Below, in pieces: positions 1 to 9,667 of a DNA stretch of 64,000 bases (the first letter of the stretch is position 1; every line of letters begins with the position of its first letter). Source of the stretch: Acidobacteriota bacterium (GTDB lineage Bacteria; Acidobacteriota; Aminicenantia; UBA2199); assembly GCA_039714255.1 (NCBI GenBank), contig JBDLJQ010000005.1:11914-75913 (forward strand), in the 5' to 3' direction. The position numbers were made by a program, and so were the translations under genes. The notes under the pieces are model-generated. The model saw only the letters and a program-made list of their open reading frames with translations, was not told where the DNA came from and searched no databases.

Positions 1-539
1 ACATCATCACATAAAAGGGGAAATGTTGATTTGCACTCAATACATCTCTCTGCAAGTATCTCTTCAGCAGGTACTTTTATATTGCCGAATTTTGTTCCGA
101 TCAGTAAATTATTAGTTTTATCAAATATAACTTTTTCCGGTTTTTTCCCTCTGAATTTTTTTTTTATTTTTTTCTGATCAATAACTCCTCCGTATTCACA
201 GGAAACACCGATAATATATATATCTTTTCTTTCAAGGAATTTTTCCTGGAGAAGAACAGCGATAGATCTGGTGTCACAGGCCTTGGCAATAATTCCCACC
301 GGAAGAGTGTTTTCAGCCTTATTCTTTAATTGTTCTTTTTTTTCTTCCACAAGATAACGGGACAGATTTTGAATGCATGATGCTTCCCAGATAAGCTCAT
401 CAGTATCTTCAGGTTCTTTAATAAATGTAGGGAGTGCTGTTAATCCGTTTGTCCCCCGTTTATATCCAATAAGATATTTGATCTTTTTCTCTTTTAATAA
501 TCTTTTTGCCTCTTTTTTAATATCTTCAATGTGTACCAT
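1..539 (-). CDS. FlxD/FdhB(FrhB)-like Fe-S protein associated with Hdr/MvhD; partial, runs off the left edge
   Basis: Not in the ORF track. Manual translation from the ATG at 539 (TGATG overlap with the mvhD stop): MVHIEDIKKEAKRLLKEKKIKYLIGYKRG...ELIWEASCIQNLSRYL...VGIIAKACDTRSIAVLLQE...IIGVSC...ERCIEC. This is the pattern of FdhB/Flx subunits that follow mvhD. Confidence 0.7.
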   Translation of the reverse strand, partial: MVHIEDIKKEAKRLLKEKKIKYLIGYKRGTNGLTALPTFIKEPEDTDELIWEASCIQNLSRYLVEEKKEQLKNKAENTLPVGIIAKACDTRSIAVLLQEKFLERKDIYIIGVSCEYGGVIDQKKIKKKFRGKKPEKVIFDKTNNLLIGTKFGNIKVPAEEILAERCIECKSTFPLLCDD

Positions 540-958
540 CAATTTCCCCGTATAAGTTTGTTCTGAGGCCCCAGGAAACGGATCTCTTCAACAAAATCTT
601 TTGCCAGTTCAGTGAACTTTGCCCCTTCAGCTGCTGATACCCATGACATTTTAAAACGTTTTTCATCCATTCCGATATAATTTAATAATTCGGTTAGGAG
701 TAATATTTTTCTCCTTGCATAAAAGTTGCCTTTTATATAATGACAGTCACCCGGGTGGCATCCTGATATTAAAACTCCATCTGCTCCATTCCTGAATGCG
801 GAGAGGACATAAAGTGGAGATACACTACCGGAGCACATAACAGTTATGGGAATAATATTTGGAGGATATTTCATCCTGGAGACACCTGCAAGGTCACTTC
901 CGGCTGATGAACACCACTTGCATAAAAAGGCTATGATCCTGGGTTCGTATTGTTCCAT
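539..958 (-). CDS. mvhD: Methyl-viologen-reducing hydrogenase delta subunit ([2Fe-2S], MvhD/FlpD)
   Basis: EPRIIAFLCKWCS..GSDLAG, MCSG and GCHPGDCHY..GN motifs; directly downstream of hdrA. Confidence 0.93.
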   Translation of the reverse strand: MEQYEPRIIAFLCKWCSSAGSDLAGVSRMKYPPNIIPITVMCSGSVSPLYVLSAFRNGADGVLISGCHPGDCHYIKGNFYARRKILLLTELLNYIGMDEKRFKMSWVSAAEGAKFTELAKDFVEEIRFLGPQNKLIRGN

Positions 959-961
959 TTT

Positions 962-2908
962 TTATCCTCCCAGAGAAGCATTTATTATATTGTGAACCTG
1001 AAGAGGTGTATGATTTTTTATTTCAATTGCAGCTCTCAAACATGTGGCATAACATGTACCGCATCCTTCACATAATATTTCGTTTACCTTTGCCTTATTG
1101 TCTTCCAGGGATAAAGCTTCATAGGGGCATACATCAACACACATATTACATCCTGTACATAATCTGGTATTAACTTTGGCAACTGTGGGTGAATGGTAAA
1201 GTTTGTCCTGGGAAAGAATAGTTATCGATTTGGCAGCGGCTCCGCTTGCCTGAGCCACACATTCGGGAATATCTTTGGGTGAAAGGGCTGAGCCTGCAAA
1301 GAATAATCCTGAAGTGATACTTTCAACCGGTTTCAGTTTAGGGTGTGCTTCAGCAAAGAATCCATCCTTGTCCAGCGATACTTTTAATTTTTTTGCCAGT
1401 TCTGCTGCTCCTGCAGAAGGCCTTGTTGCCATGGCAAGGACAACCATATCTGCATTAATTTCAATAGTTTTGCCTATTAATGTATCAACGCCCCATACTT
1501 TTAATTTTCCACGTTCTTCATAAACTTTTGATACTTTGCCCCGAAGGTACAGGGTATTATCCTCCTCAATGGTCCTCTGGACAAATTCTTCATAACCTTT
1601 TCCTCCGGACCGGATATCAATATAAAAAATATAAGCCTGTCCGTCATGGACATTATGCTTATATAACATTGCATGTTTGGCTGTATACATACAGCATATC
1701 TTTGAACAGTATGCACAGTGGAGTTCAGGGTCTCTGGAACCTGCACATTGAATAAAAACTATCTCTTTCGGTTCTTTGTGGTCTGAAGGACGTAATATTT
1801 TTCCACCCGTCGGCCCTGAAGCCGAACACAGTCGTTCAAACTGAAGGCTGTCAATTACATCAGGATATTTACCATAGCCGAATGAGGTCATCTCTTTTTT
1901 GTCATAGAGCTCATATCCGGTTGCAGCTATAATTGAACCCACTTCAAATTCAAGTATTTCGGGTTTCATATCAAAATCAATGGCATTTACTTCACATACA
2001 TCTGCACATTTTCCACAGGCTATCGGGACAAAACCGGGGCAGGAATTTATATCTAAAGTGTAAGTTGCCGGGATCGCCTGAGGGGAAGGTATATAGATAG
2101 CCCGCCTCCCTGTGAGGCTGAGGTCAAATTCGTTCGGAACAAGTACAGGACATACTTTAGTACATTCATCACACATGTTACATTTATCAGGATCCACATA
2201 TGTTGGTTTCTTTTTCACCTTTACCTTAAAATTACCAATATATCCTGAAACCTCTTCGATCTCACTATAAGTTAACAGATCGATGTTCGGGTGTTTTGAA
2301 ACTTCGACCATTTTTGGTGTAAGAATACATTGCGAACAGTCCAGGGTGGGAAAAGTTTCAGATAACTGGATCATGTGTCCGCCTATGGAAGGATCTTTTT
2401 CAACCAGAATAACTTTGTATCCGCTGTTCGCAAGGTCAAGTGATGCCTGTATCCCGGTAATACCTCCCCCCACAACAAGTGCTTTTTTTGTAACAGGAAA
2501 ACCTATGGGTTCCAGGGAGTCGTTGCCCCTGACCCTCTCCACAGCACTTTTACTTAATTTTATTGCCTTATCGGTTGCTCTCTCCCTGTTTGTATGTACC
2601 CAGCTGCATTGTTCCCTTATATTTGCAATTTCACAATGAAACTGGTTGAGACCTGCAGATTTTACCGCATTTCTGAATGTGGATTCGTGCAGGGTCGGGG
2701 AGCAGCATGATATAACAACCTTATCGAGCTTTTCCTCTTTTATTGCATCGGTTATAAGACTCTGGCCGGGGTCGGAACACATATATACATAATCTCTGGA
2801 ATAGACAACTCCCGGATAGCCCTTCATTTCATCTACAACCTTTTTAATATCAACTATGCCAGCAATATTAATTCCGCAATGGCAGATGAAAAAACCGATA
2901 CGCTTCAT
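962..2908 (-). CDS. hdrA: Heterodisulfide reductase subunit A (FAD, Fe-S; electron bifurcating)
   Basis: CHCGINIA, NIREQCSWVH, VGGGITG FAD motif, ETFPTLDCSQC, CSKICC, and inserted plus C-terminal ferredoxin motifs. Confidence 0.96.
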   Translation of the reverse strand: MKRIGFFICHCGINIAGIVDIKKVVDEMKGYPGVVYSRDYVYMCSDPGQSLITDAIKEEKLDKVVISCCSPTLHESTFRNAVKSAGLNQFHCEIANIREQCSWVHTNRERATDKAIKLSKSAVERVRGNDSLEPIGFPVTKKALVVGGGITGIQASLDLANSGYKVILVEKDPSIGGHMIQLSETFPTLDCSQCILTPKMVEVSKHPNIDLLTYSEIEEVSGYIGNFKVKVKKKPTYVDPDKCNMCDECTKVCPVLVPNEFDLSLTGRRAIYIPSPQAIPATYTLDINSCPGFVPIACGKCADVCEVNAIDFDMKPEILEFEVGSIIAATGYELYDKKEMTSFGYGKYPDVIDSLQFERLCSASGPTGGKILRPSDHKEPKEIVFIQCAGSRDPELHCAYCSKICCMYTAKHAMLYKHNVHDGQAYIFYIDIRSGGKGYEEFVQRTIEEDNTLYLRGKVSKVYEERGKLKVWGVDTLIGKTIEINADMVVLAMATRPSAGAAELAKKLKVSLDKDGFFAEAHPKLKPVESITSGLFFAGSALSPKDIPECVAQASGAAAKSITILSQDKLYHSPTVAKVNTRLCTGCNMCVDVCPYEALSLEDNKAKVNEILCEGCGTCYATCLRAAIEIKNHTPLQVHNIINASLGG

Positions 2909-3465
2909 TTTTTCTCCTCTTTTCGATTTTTCTTCTGTTCTTGTCCATAGTCATAACCTTTGTCAAAAGCTCTGAAATTCAGGTCTATATATCTTTCCGG
3001 TACAAGTCCCGGGATAGCTTTTTTCATAGCTGCGGCTGAAACTTCCGATGTTATTGATGTGAAAAATCCGAGCATAACGAGGTTTGCTGTGATCCTGTTA
3101 CCAAGGCTCTCTGCAAATCTGGTGGAAGGAATTGAATAAACTTTAATATTTCCTCTCGGAGGTTTTGATTTTACAAGGTCCTTGTCTATCAGAAGAGTAC
3201 CGTCAGGGATAAGATCCGGTTCATATTTTTCATAGGCTTCCTGGGACATAGATACAAGAATTTCCGGCTTGTCGATATATGGATATAGGATCCTTTCATC
3301 AGAAACTATAAGTTGGGAACTGCATGCACTACCACGGGCTTCAGGCCCGAAACTTTGTGTCATTGTAGAATATTTATTATCAAAAAGAGCAATAGCCTTC
3401 CCTGTGATAAGGCCGCATCTTATTATCCCCTGGCCTCCGAATCCTGAAAATCTGATCTCAGTCAT
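2905..3465 (-). CDS. korC: 2-oxoacid:ferredoxin oxidoreductase gamma subunit
   Basis: EIRFSGFGGQG, QSFGPEARGSACS and ANLVMLG motifs. Start moved to the ATG at 3465 (GGAGA upstream). Confidence 0.9.
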   Translation of the reverse strand: MTEIRFSGFGGQGIIRCGLITGKAIALFDNKYSTMTQSFGPEARGSACSSQLIVSDERILYPYIDKPEILVSMSQEAYEKYEPDLIPDGTLLIDKDLVKSKPPRGNIKVYSIPSTRFAESLGNRITANLVMLGFFTSITSEVSAAAMKKAIPGLVPERYIDLNFRAFDKGYDYGQEQKKNRKEEKK

Positions 3466-4333
3466 TCTCAATTCTCCCGTATAGTTGATAGTCGTCTCCC
3501 ATAACCTTACCCAGATGGCTGTTCATATCATCAAGGAAGGTGGGTTTCTCTTTTTCAACAAATTTTCCCACTATCAACTTACCCTGGAAGTCTATATCAA
3601 GGGTTTTTGTGTCAACATTATGGCGGATATCAGAATTATCATGATAGTATTTTAAAAGATTTAATCCGTCACCGAGACGGTTTCTTCTGGCATAAAGTGT
3701 TACGCATGGAGTAATAACCTCGATGAAAGAAAATCCTTTCCAGTTAAGTGCTTCCTGGATCGATTTGGTAACTCTCCTGAGGTGCAGGGCTGTCCATCTT
3801 GCCACGTATGTTGCACCGGCTGCTTCTGCGAGATATGGAAGGCTGAAAGAGTTCTCAAAATTACCAAATGGTGCTGTTGATGCGTTAGCGCCCCGGGGGG
3901 TTGTAGCTGCCACCTGTCCCCCTGTCATTGCATAGTTAAAATTATTTACACATATAATAGTTAAATCCATATTTCTTCTTGCTGCATGAATAAAATGGTT
4001 GCCTCCAATACCCGCAATATCTCCGTCGCCACTGAACACAATAACTTTCATTTCAGGGTTGGCAAGTTTTAATCCGGTTGCAAACGGGATAGCTCTTCCA
4101 TGGGTAGTATGAAATGAATCGAGTTTTACATATCCTGCCACCCTTCCGGTACAACCTATTCCTGAAACCACAGCAACTTTATCAAGATCTGACTCATTTT
4201 TTCTCAGTGCATCTACAAAGGATGTAACAACAGTGCCGATCCCGCATCCGGAACACCATATGTGTGGGATACGGTCCATCCTCAGGTATTCTTCTACAGG
4301 ATTTTCATCGGATGAATGGTTCTTTTCATTCAT
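3458..4333 (-). CDS. korB: 2-oxoacid:ferredoxin oxidoreductase beta subunit (TPP-binding)
   Basis: WCSGCG, SGIGC, HGRAIPFATG and GDGD...NN..Y.MTGGQ TPP motifs. Confidence 0.93.
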   Translation of the reverse strand: MNEKNHSSDENPVEEYLRMDRIPHIWCSGCGIGTVVTSFVDALRKNESDLDKVAVVSGIGCTGRVAGYVKLDSFHTTHGRAIPFATGLKLANPEMKVIVFSGDGDIAGIGGNHFIHAARRNMDLTIICVNNFNYAMTGGQVAATTPRGANASTAPFGNFENSFSLPYLAEAAGATYVARWTALHLRRVTKSIQEALNWKGFSFIEVITPCVTLYARRNRLGDGLNLLKYYHDNSDIRHNVDTKTLDIDFQGKLIVGKFVEKEKPTFLDDMNSHLGKVMGDDYQLYGRIEND

Positions 4334-5496
4334 TTTGCCGCCTCCCTGATCTTTTTATAAATATCTTTGGGGTTGTGTACCCAGCCGCCCATATGTGGAA
4401 CACTTATCACTTTTGTTTTTCCTGCCACACACCGCTCAACCTCCAGAACCATCTGTCCGTAATTTATTTCAGGAACTATGAACGCTTTAACTTTTTTTGC
4501 CAATGCTTTTATCCTTTTTTCAGGAAATGGCCATACTGTCACAAGTCTTACTGTTCCTACCTTTAAACCTTCTTTCCTCGCTTCAATAACAGCTTTAATT
4601 GCTACCCTTGACGTAATTCCGTAAGAGAGGACTATTACATCGGCATTATCCGTCTCAGTCTCTTCTATGTGGATGATCTTATCTGTATTTTTATTAATTT
4701 TATCTTTCAGATGATTTATAGTTATCTTCTGCCATTCTGCATTGATCGCAGGATATCCTCTCTCATCGTGTGTTAATCCTGTTGTGTGAAAACGATACCC
4801 GTCTCCAACCTTCACCATAAATGGAACAAGGTCATCATCAGGTTTGTAAGGAAGGTATTTATCCTTAGGCCCTTTGTACCATTTCCTCCCAACGATCTTT
4901 ATTTTATCTGCAGGTGGTATGACAACCTTTTCATGCATGTGTCCGACACATTCATCGGTCATGATAAAACATGGGACCCTGAATTGTTCAGAAAGATTAA
5001 ATGCCTCTATTGTGAGGTCAAAACACTCCTGAGGTGAATCTGGTGACAGGGCAATGATCTCATAATCGCCATGAGAGCCCCATTTAACCTGCATCATATC
5101 CTGCTGTGCGGTCAGGGTAGGTAGTCCGGTAGAGGGGCCTCCCCTCTGAACATTAGCGATAACAAGGGGGGTTTCCATCATGCAGGCCAGGCCTATGTTT
5201 TCCATCATCAGGGAAAATCCGGGGCCTGATGTTACGGTCATTACTTTTTTTCCTCCCCATGAAGCACCTATCAAAGCAGCAATTGAAGCCAGTTCATCTT
5301 CCATCTGGATAAAAACACCTCCAACAGAGGGGATCCGTTCGGAAAATCTTTCTGCTGTCTCAGTTGACGGTGTTATGGGGTATCCTGCGAAAAACCTGCA
5401 TCCTGCTGCAAGGGCACCTTCAGCAAGTGCATAATCTCCATCGAGGAAATGAGCACCGCTTAAAACCCCTTTGGAATCTACTTTAACGTTTTTCAC
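4330..5496 (-). CDS. korA: 2-oxoacid:ferredoxin oxidoreductase alpha subunit
   Basis: AGYPITP, QMEDE, TSGPGFSL and QRGGPSTGLPT motifs. True start is likely the GTG at 5496 (GGAGGAGG just upstream), not 5664. Confidence 0.93.
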   Translation of the reverse strand: MKNVKVDSKGVLSGAHFLDGDYALAEGALAAGCRFFAGYPITPSTETAERFSERIPSVGGVFIQMEDELASIAALIGASWGGKKVMTVTSGPGFSLMMENIGLACMMETPLVIANVQRGGPSTGLPTLTAQQDMMQVKWGSHGDYEIIALSPDSPQECFDLTIEAFNLSEQFRVPCFIMTDECVGHMHEKVVIPPADKIKIVGRKWYKGPKDKYLPYKPDDDLVPFMVKVGDGYRFHTTGLTHDERGYPAINAEWQKITINHLKDKINKNTDKIIHIEETETDNADVIVLSYGITSRVAIKAVIEARKEGLKVGTVRLVTVWPFPEKRIKALAKKVKAFIVPEINYGQMVLEVERCVAGKTKVISVPHMGGWVHNPKDIYKKIREAAK

Positions 5497-5743
5497 TTTC
5501 CTCCTCCTTGTTTTCGGTTGCAAAGATGGCAAACTCGGGACAAATGGTTTCACAAAGCTGACAATAGATACAATTGTCCTCATCAATAACAACCGGGGGA
5601 TGATACCCTTTCTGATTGAAATCTTCTGAAAGTTTAAGAACTTCATTAGGGCAGTATTCAACACAGAATCCGCACCCTTTACACCTTTCGGTTATGATAT
5701 GAATTTTACCTGTTACTTTTTTCAGAGTTCCAAAATATACCAT
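5483..5743 (-). CDS. korD: 2x[4Fe-4S] ferredoxin-like OFOR delta subunit
   Basis: CKGCGFCVEYCP and CIYCQLCETICPEFAI; directly upstream of the alpha subunit. Confidence 0.88.
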   Translation of the reverse strand: MVYFGTLKKVTGKIHIITERCKGCGFCVEYCPNEVLKLSEDFNQKGYHPPVVIDEDNCIYCQLCETICPEFAIFATENKEEESEKR

Positions 5744-5750
5744 TTTATCC

Positions 5751-6632
5751 TCAGAACAATCCCTTCTCTTTTAATATTGGCATCGGATCAATATGATGAA
5801 GGTCTAATCTCAGTTCGTCCCTGGAGCAGCCGAGAGCTATTGCAAGGAGCTGGGTAAAATATATAACAGGCATATTTTTAAAATCCGGATACAATTTTTG
5901 AACATTTTTTTGTCTTTGATCAAGGTTGAAAGCACATAAAGGGCAGCTGACACTGATAATTTCCGCACCCTGGGTTCTGGCGGAATCTATGATCTGCCTC
6001 GTTCTGGATGCAATAATGTCTGGATCAGTGAGAGTCTGGTAAGAGGCGCAACATTCTGTTTTAAGAGGAAAATCTATAGCTTCAGCTCCTATTGAAGACA
6101 TCAGATCTTCCATGATCATGGGGTTTTCCACATCATCTATAGCAATTTCCCTCGGCCTTACAAGCATACATCCGTAATAACTTGAAACATTCAGGTTATT
6201 TAACGGTTTTTTTGTTTTTGAAGTAATAGTTTCAAAACCGATCTCATCCTTCAGTAGTTCAAGAAGGTGGATTATTTTTACATCTCCTTTATATTGTGTC
6301 TCTTCCTTCCACATGAAATTATTGATCCTCTCCAGTTCTTCAGGATTATTTTTTACCCTTTCATTGGAACTTTTAAGTGTGCTGTAGCACATTGAGCAAA
6401 GTGTCAACAGGGTATCGGATCCTGTTTTCCTTGTCCTTACAAGGTTTCGTATCGGGGCAATATGATGGATCAGATTGTCAGTTGTCAATGAAAAGACTGT
6501 CCCGCAGCAATACCATTTGTCAAGCTCTTCAAAAGGGACCTTCAATTTATCAAGGATATAAAGTGTTGAATCTTCAAAATTTTTTGCTGTACTTTTTAGA
6601 GTACATCCCGGATAATAACTGATCTTTTTCAT
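5751..6632 (-). CDS. hdrB: Heterodisulfide reductase subunit B (two CCG domains)
   Basis: YYPGC...WYCCG...CSMC and YYGC...ECCA...CPLCAFNLD; PVIYFTQLL. Confidence 0.93.
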   Translation of the reverse strand: MKKISYYPGCTLKSTAKNFEDSTLYILDKLKVPFEELDKWYCCGTVFSLTTDNLIHHIAPIRNLVRTRKTGSDTLLTLCSMCYSTLKSSNERVKNNPEELERINNFMWKEETQYKGDVKIIHLLELLKDEIGFETITSKTKKPLNNLNVSSYYGCMLVRPREIAIDDVENPMIMEDLMSSIGAEAIDFPLKTECCASYQTLTDPDIIASRTRQIIDSARTQGAEIISVSCPLCAFNLDQRQKNVQKLYPDFKNMPVIYFTQLLAIALGCSRDELRLDLHHIDPMPILKEKGLF

Positions 6633-7036
6633 GAGGTCAGTTTTCTCATGGAGCTGATAATTGCTATGGGTGGTATTTCTCCAATATCATCCTCAGATAT
6701 TTCTCTTATCTTTAGATGATCTTTTCCTTTCCTTAGAAGGATCTGTCTTGCAGCTTCAAATACTTCTGCTATATTTATACCCTTCGGGCACCGTGTATTG
6801 CAGGTGAAACATGAAGCACAGATCCAGATGGCCTTTGAATGGAGCAGTTCCTCCTCCAGGCCCATCTGAGCATAACGGATTATCTGGTTGGGGAGGATAT
6901 CCATTTCGGACACAACAGGGCAACCAGCTGAACATTTTCCGCACTGGTAACAGCTAAGCAGGTCCTGGCCGCTTAGTTCTTCAATCTTTTTTACGAACGA
7001 ATTCCAGACCTTATCCCTGGATATCCTGATCCTCAT
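6629..7036 (-). CDS. hdrC: Heterodisulfide reductase subunit C (short, 2x[4Fe-4S])
   Basis: CYQCGKCSAGCP and IWICASCFTCNTRCPKG; ATGA overlap with hdrB. Confidence 0.92.
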   Translation of the reverse strand: MRIRISRDKVWNSFVKKIEELSGQDLLSCYQCGKCSAGCPVVSEMDILPNQIIRYAQMGLEEELLHSKAIWICASCFTCNTRCPKGINIAEVFEAARQILLRKGKDHLKIREISEDDIGEIPPIAIISSMRKLTS

Positions 7037-7131
7037 TGTAGTTCATTTAGTTTTAAAAAATTTTTAAATACTTAAAAAACCTGAGGAACACTTACTAAAA
7101 AAGACATTTACAAGCTCTTTTTTAATAAAAC

Positions 7132-7160
7132 AATATAGTATTAAAATTTTTGTTTTTCAA
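7132..7160 (-). promoter_or_regulatory. Putative sigma70 promoter of the hdr-kor operon
   Basis: Minus strand reads TTGAAA-17 nt-TATATT, about 95 nt upstream of hdrC. The AT-rich context makes this uncertain. Confidence 0.35.
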
Positions 7161-7237
7161 TTTTTTATTTATTTTTTTCAGGAGTTAATCAAGACTTGCA
7201 AACTTTAAGGGTTTAATTTTATTTCCTGTTATTATTT

Positions 7238-7960
7238 TTACCTGACCGTAAAATACATATGAGCCCAATAGAAGAAATCAATTTTTGATCCCAAAGCTGT
7301 TTCTTTTGTCAATCTGAATTTCCCCATCGGGCCAACCACTTCAAGGTCAAATCTGTATCTGTTACCCGGGACAAAGATATGTCTCGGTACGTTCACATTT
7401 TCTGCAGTGACAATCGTGCTGAAAATTTCAGTATTTGTTGTAAAATTCTTTATTGTTACTTTGGTTCTCAGAGTTGCTCCGGTATAGTTCCAGCGGAATT
7501 GTACTGTTCTCCGCAATGATCGTGTGAAGGAAATTTTTGAATCGGGACGGGGGTATACCCACTCAATATAGTTTTTGAGCTTATATTTACCCAGGATTAT
7601 TTCTTTTGCCCTCTCCCTTGTTGCAGGTAATATTCTGGAAGGTTTTGGAATCATTTTTATTACAATTGTTTTTCCACCGGAGACATCGTAAGGATAAGGG
7701 GTTCCTCCGGTATAAAGGCCTCCACCCTGGTCATTGAGCAGGAGAGTATCAAGATAAACTTTCTGCCCGGTGAGAGTACTTCCGGACTTTGATAAATTCA
7801 GATATGCATTGAGATAACCAAGGTATTGAGAATGTCCGTTAATTCTTATTTTTCCTGTACGGGATAGTTTTAAAGCCCCCTTTGTTGTCCCCGCTAAGGG
7901 AGAAAAGATAAGAAAGGCTGTTATAATTATTATTAATAAATGAGTTTTTTTTATTATCAT
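7238..7960 (-). CDS. Secreted hypothetical protein, basic and beta-rich
   Basis: AAGGAGG precedes the ATG at 7960; signal peptide MIIKKTHLLIIIITAFLIFSPLAG; no family recognised. Confidence 0.7.
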   Translation of the reverse strand: MIIKKTHLLIIIITAFLIFSPLAGTTKGALKLSRTGKIRINGHSQYLGYLNAYLNLSKSGSTLTGQKVYLDTLLLNDQGGGLYTGGTPYPYDVSGGKTIVIKMIPKPSRILPATRERAKEIILGKYKLKNYIEWVYPRPDSKISFTRSLRRTVQFRWNYTGATLRTKVTIKNFTTNTEIFSTIVTAENVNVPRHIFVPGNRYRFDLEVVGPMGKFRLTKETALGSKIDFFYWAHMYFTVR

Positions 7961-8021
7961 GGCAATATTCCTCCTTTTCAAAAAAGTGTCTGTTAATAAT
8001 ATAAATCTCAATACAAAAAAA

Positions 8022-8267
8022 TCACAGTATTAATAAATTTATTCTGACTTTTATAATATATTGAAAAAATATGAGAGGATAAAAAGGAGGCCGAACCCGG
8101 CAAGCATTAAAAGTATCATAAAGAATAGTACTCCCTGTAAGGCTTTTTGAAATATCCGGAGGGTTTTTTTCACAATCCTCTGCTTCCGGCATTGAGTCCG
8201 GCGCAGCGATCCTTGTAAAATTCATATGATCATCATTTATAATAATTGTTTTATCTTTATCATCCAT
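8022..8267 (-). CDS. Possible small hypothetical protein
   Basis: 81-aa ORF with AAGGTGA 5 nt before the ATG, on the same strand as its neighbours; no recognisable motif. Confidence 0.25.
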   Translation of the reverse strand: MDDKDKTIIINDDHMNFTRIAAPDSMPEAEDCEKNPPDISKSLTGSTILYDTFNACRVRPPFYPLIFFQYIIKVRINLLIL

Positions 8268-8387
8268 TCAGATCACCTTATATTTAAATTTGCAATCTTA
8301 AATATTACCATAATGGTATTATTAGTGCAGTTGGATCGGGAGGAAATCAATTCAGAAGACAGGAAATTTTGAAATTTGAACCTCAGC

Positions 8388-8417
8388 CCGGGCGTGGAGT
8401 CTCTAGCCCCAGCCCGG
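8388..8417. terminator. GC-rich hairpin downstream of the crystallin gene (possible terminator or stabiliser)
   Basis: CCGGGC(G)TGG.../...CCAGCCCGG imperfect inverted repeat; no clear U-tract. Confidence 0.3.
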
Positions 8418-8440
8418 AAATGATTTGTCCCTATTTCATG

Positions 8441-9400
8441 TTAAAAGCTTGGTATGACTACATTTTGACAGGAAGGGTTTAACAGTGTTCCCTTTGCTAC
8501 AACAAAATGATTGTCCTTCAGCTTGAAGCTGTAATTACATTTTTCTTTATATACAATTGCATTGGCAATGGAACCCACAACCGGATAAGCATAATACACA
8601 GTCATGTTAATCTTGGTGTTGACCTTGTAGTTGATGATTTTTTCCTGCCCAACCGCAAGTTTGAAGGATTTATGGGAATCGAGGGGATCATCTGTGATCC
8701 ATGAAAATTTAACAATAGCTGCCGCATTATTGCGAATCTTTAAAAATCGTTCCTGTTTGCAGTCGGTATAAAACTTGACCGATGACAGCGCATCATTTTT
8801 GACCATCGTGTTTGCCATGACCGGGATGTGTGTTCTTATGGTTTGACATTTTCCGCCGTAATTTTTTTCGCTGTAAAGGGAAGCTTTATTCATGTTGAAT
8901 ATTTTAATTGAGGATACCATGTTATTCATATTTCCCTGACCACTCAAGTCTGCATTGTTCATCTTCAATTTGTATTGACGACCTTTATAATTGTTATGTT
9001 CAAACAATATCAAATGGGGTACTTTGAATACTTGATTTGCCGGGCAGGTGGCGTTTATTTTGATTGATGAAATACCCTTCATTCCCACTTCTGTGAGCAT
9101 GAGGTTTTCAACATCTTTTTTCACTGTTTTGCATATCCCTTCATAGTTTGCACGTGAAAACAAGGCGACTGATGTTGCACTCTTGATACGGATTGAGACT
9201 ACTCTGTTATTCATATTGATAGCTGGTAAGCTCAAATCCGCTGCATTAGCAGACAATTTAACACTTTCGCCCTTAAAGTACAGTGAATTGTAGATGATAA
9301 TTTCCGCAGCACCAACTGTTGAAACCGTTAAACATGATATAAACAGTGCCATAATGAGTGAAAAACAGACGTTTCTTTTTAAGTTACTTTTTGTTTTCAT
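8441..9400 (-). CDS. Secreted beta/gamma-crystallin domain protein (two domains) with a C-terminal beta-sandwich
   Basis: Signal peptide; four Greek-key motifs (YNSLYFKG..NNRVVS, FSRANYEG..KGISS, FEHNNYKG..NNMVSS, YSEKNYGG..NDALSS). Confidence 0.85.
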   Translation of the reverse strand: MKTKSNLKRNVCFSLIMALFISCLTVSTVGAAEIIIYNSLYFKGESVKLSANAADLSLPAINMNNRVVSIRIKSATSVALFSRANYEGICKTVKKDVENLMLTEVGMKGISSIKINATCPANQVFKVPHLILFEHNNYKGRQYKLKMNNADLSGQGNMNNMVSSIKIFNMNKASLYSEKNYGGKCQTIRTHIPVMANTMVKNDALSSVKFYTDCKQERFLKIRNNAAAIVKFSWITDDPLDSHKSFKLAVGQEKIINYKVNTKINMTVYYAYPVVGSIANAIVYKEKCNYSFKLKDNHFVVAKGTLLNPSCQNVVIPSF

Positions 9401-9667
9401 TTTTCTCCTTTATATTTTTTTTAATTATGAAGGAAATGTTTCTGAAATCAAAAAAAAATTCATTCATAATAGAATTATATGAAAAAAAAAGAAAAAAATC
9501 TCATATAAAAACATTTGTATCACTCTAAAGTACGGTTATTAAAAATTAAGAAGTATACTTGAGGGTATGTTAAAAAAATTCATTACTTGTGGAGAAAAAT
9601 CAATTTATAGGAAACCGATTCTGACTTTCTTCTATACTTTTTATGATTTTCCCCTATAATATATTTA

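Noticed and set aside
539-2908. Selenocysteine recoding in HdrA/MvhD
   Set aside because: Both frames are open, with Cys at the relevant motifs and no in-frame TGA.
5497-5664. N-terminal extension of the korA ORF in the track
   Set aside because: It overlaps korD in another frame; family similarity and a strong SD point to the GTG at 5496.
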